Assembly (NCBI GenBank): GCA_965649825.1
Contig: OZ287713.1
Location: forward strand, 303,587-367,586
From: Penicillus capitatus
Lineage: Eukaryota > Plantae > Chlorophyta
Reading direction: 5' to 3'
DNA length: 64,000 bases
Shown: positions 12,762-25,155 of the stretch, piece after piece
Layout: every line of letters begins with the position of its first letter
How positions within the stretch are numbered: the first letter of the stretch is position 1
Made by a program: the position numbers and the translations under genes
The notes under the pieces: model-generated
Database searches by the model: none
Told to the model about the DNA's origin: nothing
The model's input: only the letters and a program-made list of their open reading frames with translations

Positions 12762-13816
12762 ATGAAGGGACTGCGATTTGGCTCGATTTTGTTGTCGAAT
12801 GTATCATGGCGACGGGTTGCTTTGGTTCAGGGCGCCTCGCGCGGCATCGGCCTCGAGTACGTCCGCCAACTCCTCCAAAAACCCGATTCCACGTTCGACT
12901 AGATCCCGTGAGATTCGGCAAGTGCGATCTTGACTCAGGGTGATCGCCACGAGTCGTCGGGCTCCGGAGACGAGTGCTCTGCAGAGCCTTCGCGACCGAC
13001 ATCCCGATCGGTGCTTCGTCATGGCGATGGACTGCACGGACGAACATTCCATTGCCGTCAACGTCCTCTGTTCCTATCTCCGATCCGATCTGTTCGCTCC
13101 CAGGCTGCGCGAGAGAAGGTGCAGGAGCACACGGAGCACTTGAATCTCTTGATCAACGTTGCCGGACTGCTGCACTCGCCAGAGGGACTGAAACCAGGTG
13201 AGGCCTGCGGAGAAAACAGTCTCGGAGATCGGTGCTGCAGAGAAGACGTACAAGGATCTGTCGTTTGACAACCTGATGCAGAGCATGCAAGTGAACGCCA
13301 TCGGGCCCGCCCTGGTGATGAAGCACTTCATGGAACTCCTGCTCCGCGCTGAAACGCACGGAGGCGCCACTTCGCTGCGTCCGGCGATCATCGCCAACAT
13401 GAGCGCTCGGTTTCAATCTGCCGGTCAGATCGCCGCCCTTTCACAGAGGTGTGCGACAGAGTGAGCAGCATCGGCGACAACGCACTGGGAGGTTGGATGT
13501 CTTACCGCGCCAGCAAATGTGCCCTCAACCAGTTGACCAAGTGCTTTTCCATCGAACTGGCCAACAAGAAGAAGAACGTTGCCTGCCTCCTGCTGCACCC
13601 AGGCACGGTCGACACCGACATGTCACGTCCCTTTCAGCGAGTGCGATCCCATCCCCTCTCCGACAGGACCGTATGGGTGTGATGCAGAACGTGCCTTCCG
13701 GGAAGCTCTTCAGCCGGGAACGCGCCGTAGAGCAGCTGCTCAGAATCATCGAGAGTGCCGATCTCAGTGCAAACGGGCGATTCTTCGCCTGGGACGGGAG
13801 CGAGATTCAATGGTAG
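12762..13816 (+). CDS. Short-chain dehydrogenase/reductase, C-factor (CsgA)-like
   Basis: VALVQGASRGIGLEYVRQLL (GxxxGIG), LINVAGLLH, NAIGPALVMKHF, catalytic SYRASKCALNQL, LLHPGTVDTDMSRPF, RFFAWDGSEIQW. Five GT-AG introns. Confidence 0.92.
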
Positions 13817-13878
13817 TGTTACACTGTGCGTTCGACAAAGTGTTGACGACACATTTAAGTTCTCTTCCCCACAAACTG

Positions 13879-14982
13879 TCAGAAACGCACATTCGCGACG
13901 TCCAGTGCCGTCGCCAGTTGCCGCGTCTCCTTGCACAGAACCAGATCCTTCCAGAAGAACTTGTGCGCAATGCCGTGCAGCAAACACTGGGAGATGAAGG
14001 CCTTGATCGGCCACGGAACGGCGTTCCATCGCGCCTTTGTCGGTGCGTGATGCCGCATCGTCCCGCACAAAAGCCGCTCCGCGATCACCACGACGCCATG
14101 AATACAGAACGAAGCTAGATTGTACAAGGCATGCCGGCGGACAATGTAGTAGATCACAGCCCAGTGCATCACTCCACTCGCGAGGAACGTGCACAGAACA
14201 GCCGCCGTTTGGCGCAGTGGATTGTGCGATTTGCGCATCTTGGCCTCCGTTTTTACGGGATGGCCTTCCAGAATCGGATCGTAGACGAGATCGCGCAGCA
14301 GTGCGCCGATGACGAGGTTCCATCGGGCGGACCAGAACTCTGAGATCGACGTTGTCAGCCACGGCCGATCGAAGTGCGGCATCAACTCGAGTCCCATCAC
14401 CATCCAAGAGACGCTCGCCGCCAGTTCCATCACAGAGGCGAGGAGAAAGTACATCAACCAACTCAGAGCGAAATCGCGTACCCAACCATAATCCCAGAAC
14501 GATACCGCCGCACGAGCGAACAGAACACACCCCAGTACCTAAATCTCACTCTCCATCACACATTCGACGATTGCTCGTCCGAGTGCCGTTGCAGCCAGCC
14601 GCTGGAGCATAGCCTGGAGTGAGTGATCGACGCAGTTCTTTGCTGCATGATGTGACGCGACGTTGATCGGAAACACGAGCAGCCATGCGAACATTCCTGG
14701 CTGATCGCGATACATCGCGACGGGCCCACGGTTCAGCGCCAAGGCCAAGAGCTTGCAGTTCACGAGCCAGAGGTAGTTCGTCACAGCGTAGTAATACAGA
14801 ATCGCTTCGAGACCGCGTTCTCGACAGAAAAGCATCGACGGAATGGTGTTCGCGACAAAGAGAGGACTGAAGGCGAGGAGTCGCCATCGTCCCGGTTCGA
14901 TATATCGAGCGATTCGCCATGCAACGCTGGCGATGCAGCAAGAGTAACCCACCAGAACGACGAGATGCACGAGCAGCTCCAT
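13879..14982 (-). CDS. Wax synthase / long-chain-alcohol O-acyltransferase (MBOAT_2)
   Basis: PHFDRPWLTTSISEFWSARWNLVIGALLRDLVYDP, FLASGVMHW (catalytic His) and many TM segments. One intron has its acceptor at ~14537; the donor is ambiguous. Confidence 0.85.
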
Positions 14983-15106
14983 CGAAGACGATCGAATCAC
15001 GATGACGTATGCCAGTCGTGTGCATCGATCGATGTTCCATCGAGGCGTCTCGCTCCATCTGACCACGCGTCCCTTCCCTTGGCGACCTTTGCTTCGCCGT
15101 TGCTGC

Positions 15107-15719
15107 ATGAACGACAAAGTAGGACCTCTCGGCGCCGTTTGAGGCTCCAAAGGAGCGCCTTCTGTGTTGGCAGTTTGCATTCGGCCCTTATACCATCCAA
15201 GCGTCTGAAGTCTTTGCGACGTCAAGGCTCTCTTACGCCTTCGTCAATCTCCGACCGATCGTTCCAGGTGGCGCGATCCGGAAAGGGACAGGTGGTTTGA
15301 CGTGTGAACAGGACACGTGTTGATCAGCACGAAGCGGGTGGCGAAGCGCTTCGGTGATCTGACTGGAGAAGAAGTGACTGATCTGTGGCAGTTGGCACAG
15401 GAGGTGGGGAAGAAAATCGAGGGGCATTTCGGAGCCGATTCTTTGACCCTCTGCATTCAAGACGGCCCCTCGGCAGGACAGACGGTACCGCACGTCCACG
15501 TCCATTGCGTTCCGAGAAGAGGACAAGACTTCGAGAGTAACGACACAATCTACGATCGGCTCGAAGAGACACCCACAGAGAGGTGCACCGTGTGTGAGAG
15601 AGGGAGATAAACGTGTGAGAATTGACAGGGTGCCGTTGAGTCTGGATCGGGAGAGGAAAGACCGCACGCTCGAGGAGATGTCAAGAGAAGCTGCGGAACT
15701 GAGAGCACTGTTCGATTAA
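15107..15719 (+). CDS. FHIT: Bis(5'-adenosyl)-triphosphatase, FHIT-type HIT protein
   Basis: MNDK|FAFGPYTIQASEVFATSRLSYAFVNLRPIVPG|HVLISTKR...QDGPSAGQTVPHVHVHCVPRR (HxHxH triad)...RTLEEMSREAAELRALFD*. Confidence 0.93.
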
Positions 15720-15725
15720 TCCACC

Positions 15726-16595
15726 ATGTCCTCTCGTCTCCTGAATCACACTTCTCACTCTTTTTTCTTTACGTCCTCTGGATCAACATCCGAGCACAGT
15801 CATTCACCCAATCTTCCGAAACGGACTCGGTCTTCGATGCCGAGACGTGGTCGGATGGAAAAGGCACGTTGCAGCGATCCGTCCATTTCTGAGTTCTTGA
15901 AGAAGGATACCGACACGAGCCTTGTGACGGATTTCTATGTTTTGGGAAAGGCGAAGGATGGCGTGGATAAGGCGGAGATCAAAATGGTGGAGGAATCTCT
16001 GTGGTCTCTTCAGTACTCTATCTCTGGCGTGGTCACCGCTTTCTTGGGCCCCGTTTCGCACTGCCGACAACGCACGGGATCGGCATTCGATTTCGCTGTC
16101 TGCTTTCGGTTTCAGAATCATCTAGCATTCCAGAGATTCTCTCAAAACGAAGAATTCCAGAAGCAATGGGAGGGAGCTTTTATAGAAAAGTGTGAGAACC
16201 ATCTCACTCTTATCACCCAGCAGCGGGTGCGTAATGAACTGGAGATCCTCTTTCGTCGAGGCGCGCTCTTTGAAGAAGGTTCGGATCATCTCTTGCTGAT
16301 GCGTCTCCTGGACACTTCGTCAGCTGAGGCGGCCGTTCAGTTTGCGGCTGTTCTCAGCGACGTCCTGCAAAACTCAGAGATCGGTGCCGTCTCCACGTCT
16401 CTGGGCGTCTTGTCCGAATCCTCTGATCCAACACTGTCAGGCGAGCACCTCGTCTTGGCATCGCACCTGAGTCAAACTCAGGGAGTGACGCATCTCGAAT
16501 CGATGCCGCCAATCGAGCAGCTCTGGGAAGACAATGGAAATGGACTGCTTAGGGCCGAACGGTCCTTCGCATTCGAACAAGACAAAGAACAATGA
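15726..16595 (+). CDS. Probable plastid-targeted protein with a Dabb-like (dimeric alpha/beta barrel) region
   Basis: Single 289-codon ORF with ccaccATG context and a Ser/Thr/Arg-rich transit-peptide-like N-terminus. LWSLQYSISGVVTAFLG...FDFAVCFRFQN resembles stress-response A/B barrel domains; this is resemblance only. Confidence 0.55.
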   Translation: MSSRLLNHTSHSFFFTSSGSTSEHSHSPNLPKRTRSSMPRRGRMEKARCSDPSISEFLKKDTDTSLVTDFYVLGKAKDGVDKAEIKMVEESLWSLQYSISGVVTAFLGPVSHCRQRTGSAFDFAVCFRFQNHLAFQRFSQNEEFQKQWEGAFIEKCENHLTLITQQRVRNELEILFRRGALFEEGSDHLLLMRLLDTSSAEAAVQFAAVLSDVLQNSEIGAVSTSLGVLSESSDPTLSGEHLVLASHLSQTQGVTHLESMPPIEQLWEDNGNGLLRAERSFAFEQDKEQ

Positions 16596-16908
16596 TCGAG
16601 CACCAAAGACTGAGAGACGGATCGCGTTGCAGAAATTGTTCTTGTTGTCATCTCACAAAAATTCCTATTCCGTTCTACTTACTGCCTTAGGACCTTGTCA
16701 AAGATGGTCTCTCCAGTGAATCCAAACACATTCGCATCTCGTATTTTCGCACGCACAGTTTCATTTGTGTGAGCACGCTATCGACAGCTTCCATCCAATC
16801 ACCGAACAGTGAAAAGACGGGGTCACATCATTGGCTAACATACAAACGTACATCGTCGTGGCCCTTTCGATACGACCCGTGTGTTTCGTCGTAACGTGTT
16901 GCCTTCGG

Positions 16909-19900
16909 ATGGAGTTCAACGCCGTTGCTAAGCTTGATTGGAACGAACCGACCAAAGTCGGTACCTGTTCAACAATGTGTCCTGACGGCGAAATCCATCG
17001 TCGTCTGCGTTTCGGCCAAATTCACGTCAGTCGTCATTTCTCCGACCTCCCCCAAATACGTGCGTTCTTCCTTCTAGTTCTTCGAACGGAATCCAGCAGA
17101 TCCAAAAGATCCATCCCTCTTCATAAAGAGCTACGCACGGACAGTCACCGAAGAAACCTCCCAGCCAGCTTACCTCCGAAACCGTTTGGGCATTGCCAGG
17201 ACTATGGATCGTCTGCGCGAGATCATGGACCGATCCGACGTACCGTTTGAGAAGAGGGCGTCTTTTCTGTGGGACCGTTACCGTTGTGTCTGGAAAGACA
17301 TGTCGATGCAGAACTGGAAAGATATGTTTCGGGTGACGGTCCTCGAAGAGATCGTGCGTTTTATGATCTTAGCGGATTTTGAAACGACCCGACTGAAGAC
17401 ACCTGGACACACGCTGTCCTACCAAGACAGTTACGACGCCGAACTCGGCGTTCAACTGCTGCTCCAATGTTTTGTCACACTCTCGGAGCTCTACGAAGAA
17501 CTGCGACGACATCGTCAGCCATGTCCTAACGAGTTTGAATTTCGGTCAGACAAAGACGACAGCCGTCACATCACGCATCGAAACAACGGCATGGCTTTGT
17601 GGCAGGTACTATCATTTGATGCTACAGATGACGCCGGTAGACGGGCGAGACATGCTGCACGACGAAATCCACAAGCTCTTTGACAAGTTTCCGCCAGACC
17701 TTCTCGTAAGCATCGACTGTGCAAGCCGGTAGCCAAGAATCCGTTTGGACGGCGGATCAGGCATCCAACTCAGAGAAGATGAGAAAGCTCGACAAACTGT
17801 ACGCCGCCATGAAGGAACAGAAGTGGGATCTGATTACAGATCTCGTCTGGCTGATGGACTTTTACGAATTCGCCTTGGGCAGACGTATCATGCGCCGCTT
17901 TAGAGAAGTGCGTTTTATCAAGTTCTATGCCCGATTGCGGAGATTGGGCAAAGGTCTGTGATCCTTCGAGAGAACAGTTGTGTAAGGAAGCGCCTGCCGT
18001 TGTCCAGAGAAAAACCATCCGCCGATGCCGTTGGACGAATTCTGTGGACGATTCTTTCTCGATCCACAAGGAGGCATCGAATTTGCCGAGGCCTATGGAC
18101 TGCCGTTGATTCAAGACAACAATCTGAGGACGTATGTCACCATTGCGGTGCGCAGCTCCTTCTCTGGGACGAGAACGAAGGACATGTGACAACAGGAAGG
18201 GTACCGACGGCCCAGCTGTCCGCCGCCAGCCCTCGGATGCGGTCTGCCGGAGTTCGGCTACCTGACTGGCGAGATCGCGACGTCAGATTTCGTCATCCAG
18301 CGCCCGACAACGAACAGAGCGCCGAAACTGGTGCGCTTATCTGCTGAACGTCGACAGGATGGTATACTCTTTCGCACTGCACAGAATTTTCGGTCGAAGA
18401 TGTTAGCCTGGCCTTCGCACGTGAAGGCGCTTCAGGAGATTGCTGCCATTCAGCAGATGTACCATTCCTGCGAGCACGAAGCAGCCATCGTTCAACAGGA
18501 TCATTGGCATGTGCGTCTGGCAGCAGCGTTGTTCGTGTGATCTCAGGTTTTCTCTGTTGATTAGAAATGCACACGTTTGGACGTTCTGCAGGAGATACCG
18601 CAGATTGCTCGCCGAGATTCGGCAGAAGAGATCACGTGGCCATCTCTTCCAATTCTGCCATGGTTTCGTATAGTCATCGTCGATCATCCCCCTCCACGAC
18701 TCTCTCCTTCGGCACGTCAAGACAGCTCGAAATACGAGCAACGCACAAATCCAAGCGCTCTATCTCCAGCACCACCGGAAGTGCACACACCAAGAACTGG
18801 GAGAATAGAGATGGATGAGATAGAGGATGGCGAAATACAGGAAGATGTCGATGTGACAGCAGAGCAGATAACGCCGCCTCACGAGACGAGATCCGAAATG
18901 TCAATATCATCTATCGACTTGCAAAGCCGTCTTTCAAACGTGACGCTTTCTGAGACGTCTGCAGGGATCAAGCATCACGCTCCAGTAACCGTATCTGTCG
19001 AGTCCCTGACATGCGTGCAAATTCAACAGCCGCCACAAGAAGCCGATGAGCAAGAGATGGCAGAGGGACGGATCCATAAGAAGACGGAGGAGATCAGAAG
19101 AAGGCAGCCCTCTGTCGTTACCGAGATTGAAGAGCACGTTTCAGAAGAAGAGAATCAAGAGCCTCAGCACATGGACGAATCGACTGGCGACAAAGCTGAA
19201 GGGAATGACATAGACATGACAGAAACGGGCGGCGACGAGGCAGATGGTCAGAGAGGGAAGGGTCACATCGATTTCGGCATGCAGTTCGATGTGTGCAAAG
19301 AAGAAGGGCTGAAACCTCTGCCGCATCTCACACCGTAAGATCCTCGCCGACACGTGTGTCCTGATAGGTCTTGTGTCTGGCCACAGGATCCACTCTGAGC
19401 GATTCTTGCCTCCTGATGCCAGGGAACGATGGCTCTGGCATCGCCGAGAGTAAGCTTGTCTGTTCTGTCCCTATGGACTGGTTGGCTCATTCTGTCTGTG
19501 TCTGCTTGATAGCAGCTATCTCAGAAATCGTGTCTCGGCGACACGAATGCTGGCTTTGGAGTTGGAATTCTACAATGATTACACGGAACGCTTTTACAAG
19601 ATTAAGGCGTTTGAAGACGACATACCCGAGGGATGGCAGATCGATGTGCTAAGGAAAGAGCAACTGATGGACATTCTGGTGCCGTGGTCGGATCCTCCCA
19701 TCACCCCATGCGGGTTTCCGCCGAATCTCTCTCAGGAAATGCTCCTGGAAAAAGTGCAATGTCACACTTCTGCTAACCGTCCCTTCATTTCTCGCGACTT
19801 GGCTGAAGAAATAGCTGGGATGAACTCAACGAAAATGCAGTTCTGTAATATCCTGTTGCTCCACGGTGGTCTGCTCCATCGCAGAAGATTCCATCACCAC

Positions 19901-20969
19901 TGGTTGCTCCATCGTCTCTTTGGATCCTTTGACCAGGAAGAAGGTCATCCAAGCAGAGTGATGGGTGATCTCTATGACGACAGGTGTGGTCCTAGTAGTG
20001 GCACAAACGGAGGAATTCGAGCAGAACGGCCGGAAACATCTTAACTACTGTCTACAGCGATGTGACGTCCTGGAGCCGGCGACAGCACAAGATGAACAAC
20101 GCATCCAGAATGCCTCGGCGTTCTTTGTGTTGCTGGACGATGGAGACACTCTAGAGCAGATGCTGGAAGTGCTGCAAGACATCTTGAGTAAATTCGAGGA
20201 GAACAAGCCGCCAGTCATCCTCCTCGACACACTCGCCTACAAGGACGCCCTAACGACTAAAGGAATCGTCCAGCTGATGAAAAATCTCGATGATCAAACA
20301 GAAGAACAACAGCATTTGATTGAGAGCACGTTTCAGAAACTGGGCGTCATGATCGAGGACCCCTATGTGAAGATCGTGTCCCTAACGAGACACCTCGAAT
20401 GCGTCAAGCGTTCGATCTATCGAGAGCTCTGTGACAACTGGAAGAGCTTTGCCGCAGAAACCAAGTTGCCAGACAGAGGATGGAGGCTGCCGAACGCGGA
20501 ACCCGAAGAAGAAAGCTGCGATCCGATCGCGACGGTCCTCCGTAAGACCTTTCCCTACTTTCTCATCCGATCCACGTCCAACACCTGTGCATTCGACGAT
20601 CCCTTCTCTGCCCGTGAAGAAGAGGAGGTGGTGAAGACGTGGGATTCGGCGTGGGAGAAGATCCAAGAGCTGCGGGACCTTCATCAGTTTGAGAATTTCG
20701 ATCAGCTGCTTCGCCACGCGGAGCGAATAGGTCTGTTCCGGTCGCCGATTGCCGAGAATCGCTCCCGTCTTCAAGAGCAGCGCGCATCCACGTCTCTCGT
20801 CGCGGACGATCGGCGGCTTTCTCCGGCGAGATGCCGGAATCGTCATCGAGACGACGATCGCGTGACGTCTGCGTCCAACCGTCGACGTCTCTCTGCCAAG
20901 ATGCCACCAAGCCAAGGCCGTCGACACCGTTCCAGGAGTCCGCCCTCTCCCTGTCGCCTTCGCCGCTAG
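16909..20969 (+). CDS. SAC3/GANP family protein with a long C-terminal extension (possibly two genes)
   Basis: VGTCSTMCPDGEIHRR, IKSYART, FLWDRYRCVWKDMSMQN, NEFEFR|YYHLM are SAC3-type motifs. Downstream ORFs 18577-19338, 19547-~19790 and 19965-20969 can be joined by GT-AG introns. Confidence 0.75.
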
Positions 20970-21207
20970 ACATGTATGCAGACGGCAGTCCGTGCCTTTA
21001 ATAGCGCAGAAAGCATCTTGTGCGTTCGCACTGGACGAGGACGCGCGGACACACATGCGGAATCACACAGCAGGCCTGGCCAATGTTACAACGCAAAGAA
21101 TGAGTTCGCTTTGAGAACGGACCGCACAGGAGAGACCAAACAAACATCACTCACTCTGTCCTCATCGACATGACACACACACCTGATTGCTTCTCACACT
21201 TTTCGAC

Positions 21208-22049
21208 TCAGGCTTTATAATCCAGAATAAAATGCCCATAAACCATTTTGCCGTTCGACAGGCAGAACGTCGCCGCTTTGGCTTCTTCCAACTCCATTCC
21301 GTACTTCTCAGCCTGCGCCTCCAGCAGTTCGATGAACGCGTAGCCCTTCTTCCATATGAGAAACGCGACGTTCTGATTAAACGGCGACAGTTTCGAGCGC
21401 TCTCCGAACGCCTGCCGAGGACACCGATCGCCTTCCATCTGCAGAGCGCTGTCAAAGGCCTGGTGACCGCCTTTGGCGATGTAGTCTGCGTCAGAGATCG
21501 GCAGCGGCGGCGAGACGTAGACGCGCTGAGTGGGATCCAGTTTCCCGTCCACGATCTTGTGGTAGATCAGAATCGTCCACGGGAAGAAGTCCCTTAGACC
21601 CGACGTCTCGATTTCCCGGAGAATGTTGTTCATCAACTGCTCCGCATAGGCATCGCGATGCAGCAGCCCCAGATTCGCTGTGTCCTTCTCGCCAAAGAGC
21701 TCCGAGAATCCAGGCAGCTGATAGAAATCCAGTTCCTTCTGTAGCAGCTCCTTCGGCAAATCAGGAATGACGCCTCTGTAGTTGCCGTCCCTGCAGTGAC
21801 AGTAGACATGGTGTTGGAGGGAGTGCGGCATTGCCTGTAGATCTCTTGTATCCAAGGAAAGGCTACTGGGCTTCGGTCGATGTACAGGTCTTCCCGATTC
21901 TCGACGAGGTTCGGAAACTCTTCGGCCATTTTGGCGAGGAGGGATTCGGGGTAACGTGCCAATGTCGTTCGGCATATCCTGAAGGACGTGCCACCGACAT
22001 CGAGGAAAACGAGTTGCTGACGCTCTGAGCGCTGGTCGTCGAGCTGCAT
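21208..22049 (-). CDS. BTB/POZ (KCTD / K+ channel tetramerisation-like) domain protein
   Basis: LVFLDVGGTSFRICRTTLARYPESLLAKM...LYIDRSPVAFPWIQEIYR|DGNY...LLQKELDFYQL. GC-AG intron at 21791-21834. Confidence 0.88.
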
Positions 22050-22715
22050 GGAAACACCCGGCAATCGAGAATGCCAACGCAGCTGCTGTTACCGTATGTG
22101 AACCGTAGGCGACGGCGTACGGACGACTCGGTCGCGTACGCAAACCGTAGACGGTCGGAGGCACCCCACACTCCGGAGCGTCGACAAATGGCCGGCTCTC
22201 GGCCCATGTCGTGCCGGAGAGCGTTCATCCCCGATGCTTCGGCCTCGTCGGGACGGAGACGACCAGATTCAACGATCCGCGGGTCGATGGGCTAATGACA
22301 AAATGATGCTCACGGATTCCAAGTTCGGCTGTTGCCTCGTTGTCCTCTTCTCGCTGTCCCTGGCGCGGGCGGCCGTTGAGCACCCATCGTCAGATGCCGC
22401 GGAAGCGGCCCTCCCCGAGGCCTGGTTCTGGGGAGATGTCGCCGGAGAGAGTTTCTTGACGCGTGTGCAGAATGAGCATGCCCCAAGGTAAGACCATCAT
22501 CGGCATCACGGTCATGAGGAATGCCATTTGGCGGGCAGCTATTGTCGAGCGAGCTGGGCGCTGTCGACGGTCGTCGCTCTGTCGGACCGACTAAAAATCT
22601 CGAATCCAGGGTCGCATCCCGATCGAGCCCTCTCACCACAAGTCCTGCTCAACTGCGTTTCAACCTCCAATTGCTCAGTGCGTGGCTTCCCCCTGGCGAT
22701 GGGTCACGATGCTGA
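21455..22715. repeat. Left arm of a near-identical inverted repeat (partner 62741-64000+)
   Basis: It is the reverse complement of 62741-64000, with about five substitutions and one 1-nt indel seen by eye. Confidence 0.97.
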
Positions 22716-24431
22716 GTGTGTGTTCGTGAGGGTGGGCATCCGGATGACGCATTAGAGTACCTTCATAGCCATGGCCTTCCGGATGACACCTGTCAGAACT
22801 ACGAAGGCAAGGAAGGAACATGTGATGCTCTGGGCATCTGCCGCGACTGCACCCACGGAAATGAGACCAAAGGCGAAGTCCGACAGACATCAACCTCCTA
22901 TCACACTCTCCCATCCTGACAGCACTTTGTGTAGGACCGATGGCTAGACATGCACTGCTGGGCAGTTAAGAAGTATCAGATGTATACCGTAACCGATTAC
23001 GGTCGTCTAAAGAGGGGAGATGAAACGCCGATGGCGACATCCATGGTGCGTCGCATGCAAGAGGAGATCCATGCACACGGTCCTGTGACCTGTACCATCT
23101 ACCCCTCTGCCGAATTTACAGATTACACCGATGGCATCCTCACAGAATCGGAAATGACCTCAGATGTCCCTCACTATGTCAACATCATGGGATGGGATGC
23201 AACAGACACCACAAAGTGTGATTCGAATGTATCCTCGATGGAGGGACCGTGTATGGAGCCGTAGGTATTGGATTGGGCAAAACTGTTGGGGTGAATCATG
23301 GGGCAATGGCGGATTCTTCAAGATCAAAATGGGCGTCAATGCCCTCGGCATCGAATCCGAATGCTTCTGGGGTACTCCCGCTTTGGGAGAGGCACCTCAA
23401 ACAGCGGCGAATGGGGAAGAGGACGAAGTGGATCGAGGTCTCTATCGTGTGAGGAAGAGTGTGATGCCCCCAAACGCCTGCCCGTGCATCGAGTGGCCAG
23501 TTGATGCGCCGACACCGTTGCCGTCGGTTTCCCGACCGCATGTGTCCAACGTCGACATCCCTGCGGCGTACGATATCCGAAACATCGACGGGAAGAATTA
23601 CGCCACGATGGACAAGAATCAGCACATACCTGTCTACTGTGGGTCCTGTTGGGCATTTGCTTCCATCACAGCCCTGGCGGATCGTTATGCCTTACTCTAT
23701 CAACAAGCGGTGCCCATTTTTGATTTTGCCACTCAGGTTGGATGGACACCATGAAAAAATCGACCTGCTTAAGATGTGTGTCATCCATCAGGTGGTCATC
23801 AACTGTGTCAAGATGTCGTACGGCTGCAAAGGCGGCTGGCCTTACTTTGCATACGATTATGTTCAGAATTATGGACTGCCGCACGAGAGCTGTGCTCCGT
23901 ACAAGGCTGTGAACGAGGACTGTTCTGCTTATACCAGATGTCATGCCTGCCAAGAAGATGAGACCTGCCAGACGATGCCCGAAGGCTCCTTCCGTCAGTT
24001 CGGTGTGGTGGAGCACGGAATCTTGACAGGGACGGAGGAACTAAAACGTGAAATTTTCACTGGTGGTCCCGTCTCCTGTATCATGTCCATCACTCCTGAT
24101 TTCGTTGCCTATTCTGGCGGCATCTTCAACGATACCTCCTGTCGCGTCAAGTCCGAGCATGCCGTGGAAGTGACGGGGTGGGGAGAAGAAGATGGTGTGG
24201 AGTACTGGATCGTGCGTAACAGGTAAGGCAACGTCCTGGTTGGAAATGTGAGATGCAAGGAAGCTGTCGTGTAGCTGGGGAACGTACTGGGGCGAGAATG
24301 GCTGGGCGCGTATTGCCATGGGGGATTGTGACCTGGGCATCTCGCAGCTGATGTGTGACTGGGCCGCGCCAAAGCCACTCGATGAGACACTTCCCTACCA
24401 GACCCTCCTAGCTCAACCCATCGTCACCTGA
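22303..24431 (+). CDS. Tandem two-domain cathepsin X/Z-like papain (C1A) protease; domain 1 lacks the catalytic Cys
   Basis: Signal peptide. Domain 1 has QNEHAPSYCRASWALST...PHYVNIMGW...QNCWG. Domain 2 has KNQHIPVYCGSCWAFAS...EHAVEVTGWG...RNSWGTYWGENG. Six GT-AG introns. Confidence 0.92.
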
Positions 24432-25155
24432 GACAGCGATGCGACATCTCTGTAGAATCGAGAGATGAATGGAAGGGCTGTCACATCATGAACACGGCCG
24501 TCAGTGCCTCTACAAAAAACACATCTCGTTTCAAAAGTGCGAGACAGAGGGAAGGGTTTGGATTACAATGTCTGCTGCTTGCTGTCGTAATTGTTAACAA
24601 CATCGCTGCTCTCTCTGAGACATCGCCATCCACATCGAAGTTGGTGCCTTCACACACGCAGGCATTACGCTCAGATGTCAGCAGCTGAGCACATCACAAT
24701 GTGTTAAGACGGATGTTATGAGATCAATCAGTCACATCACGCATGTATGTAGGGCAGCAAAGATACGGCAGGCAGGTAGGCAGGGTATGGATACGAGATC
24801 GATGGTTCTATCTATCTTTCTATCAATCCTACCTGAATGCGTGTTTGTTCCTCAGAACGCACGAGTGTTCCTACCTATCCATCAACATGTTCATGCATCA
24901 CACATTTCCTATCCCAAAGAGCAAGGCGTTCAGACAGAGACAGATTTTCAGAATAACAGTCACTCAAAATCACATGTTCTCACACACAAGTACACGACGT
25001 GTAGCTTCAAAGCAAAGGCAGATGATGATGATGATAGATCCATAACGGCGAGCACAGAATTCAAGTACGGGTAGAAGGATTAGGGTAGTAGGGATAGTAG
25101 GACAAACTCAGAGAACGCTATGGCTGCCTTGCAAGAAGTGACATCTGTCGTGCCC

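Noticed and set aside
14537-14541. In-frame TAG in the wax synthase as evidence for a TAR=Gln genetic code
   Set aside because: It doubles as a splice acceptor (gatttag|gtactg), and SAMS, FHIT, RPB7 and RPL21 end at TAA at their natural C-termini.
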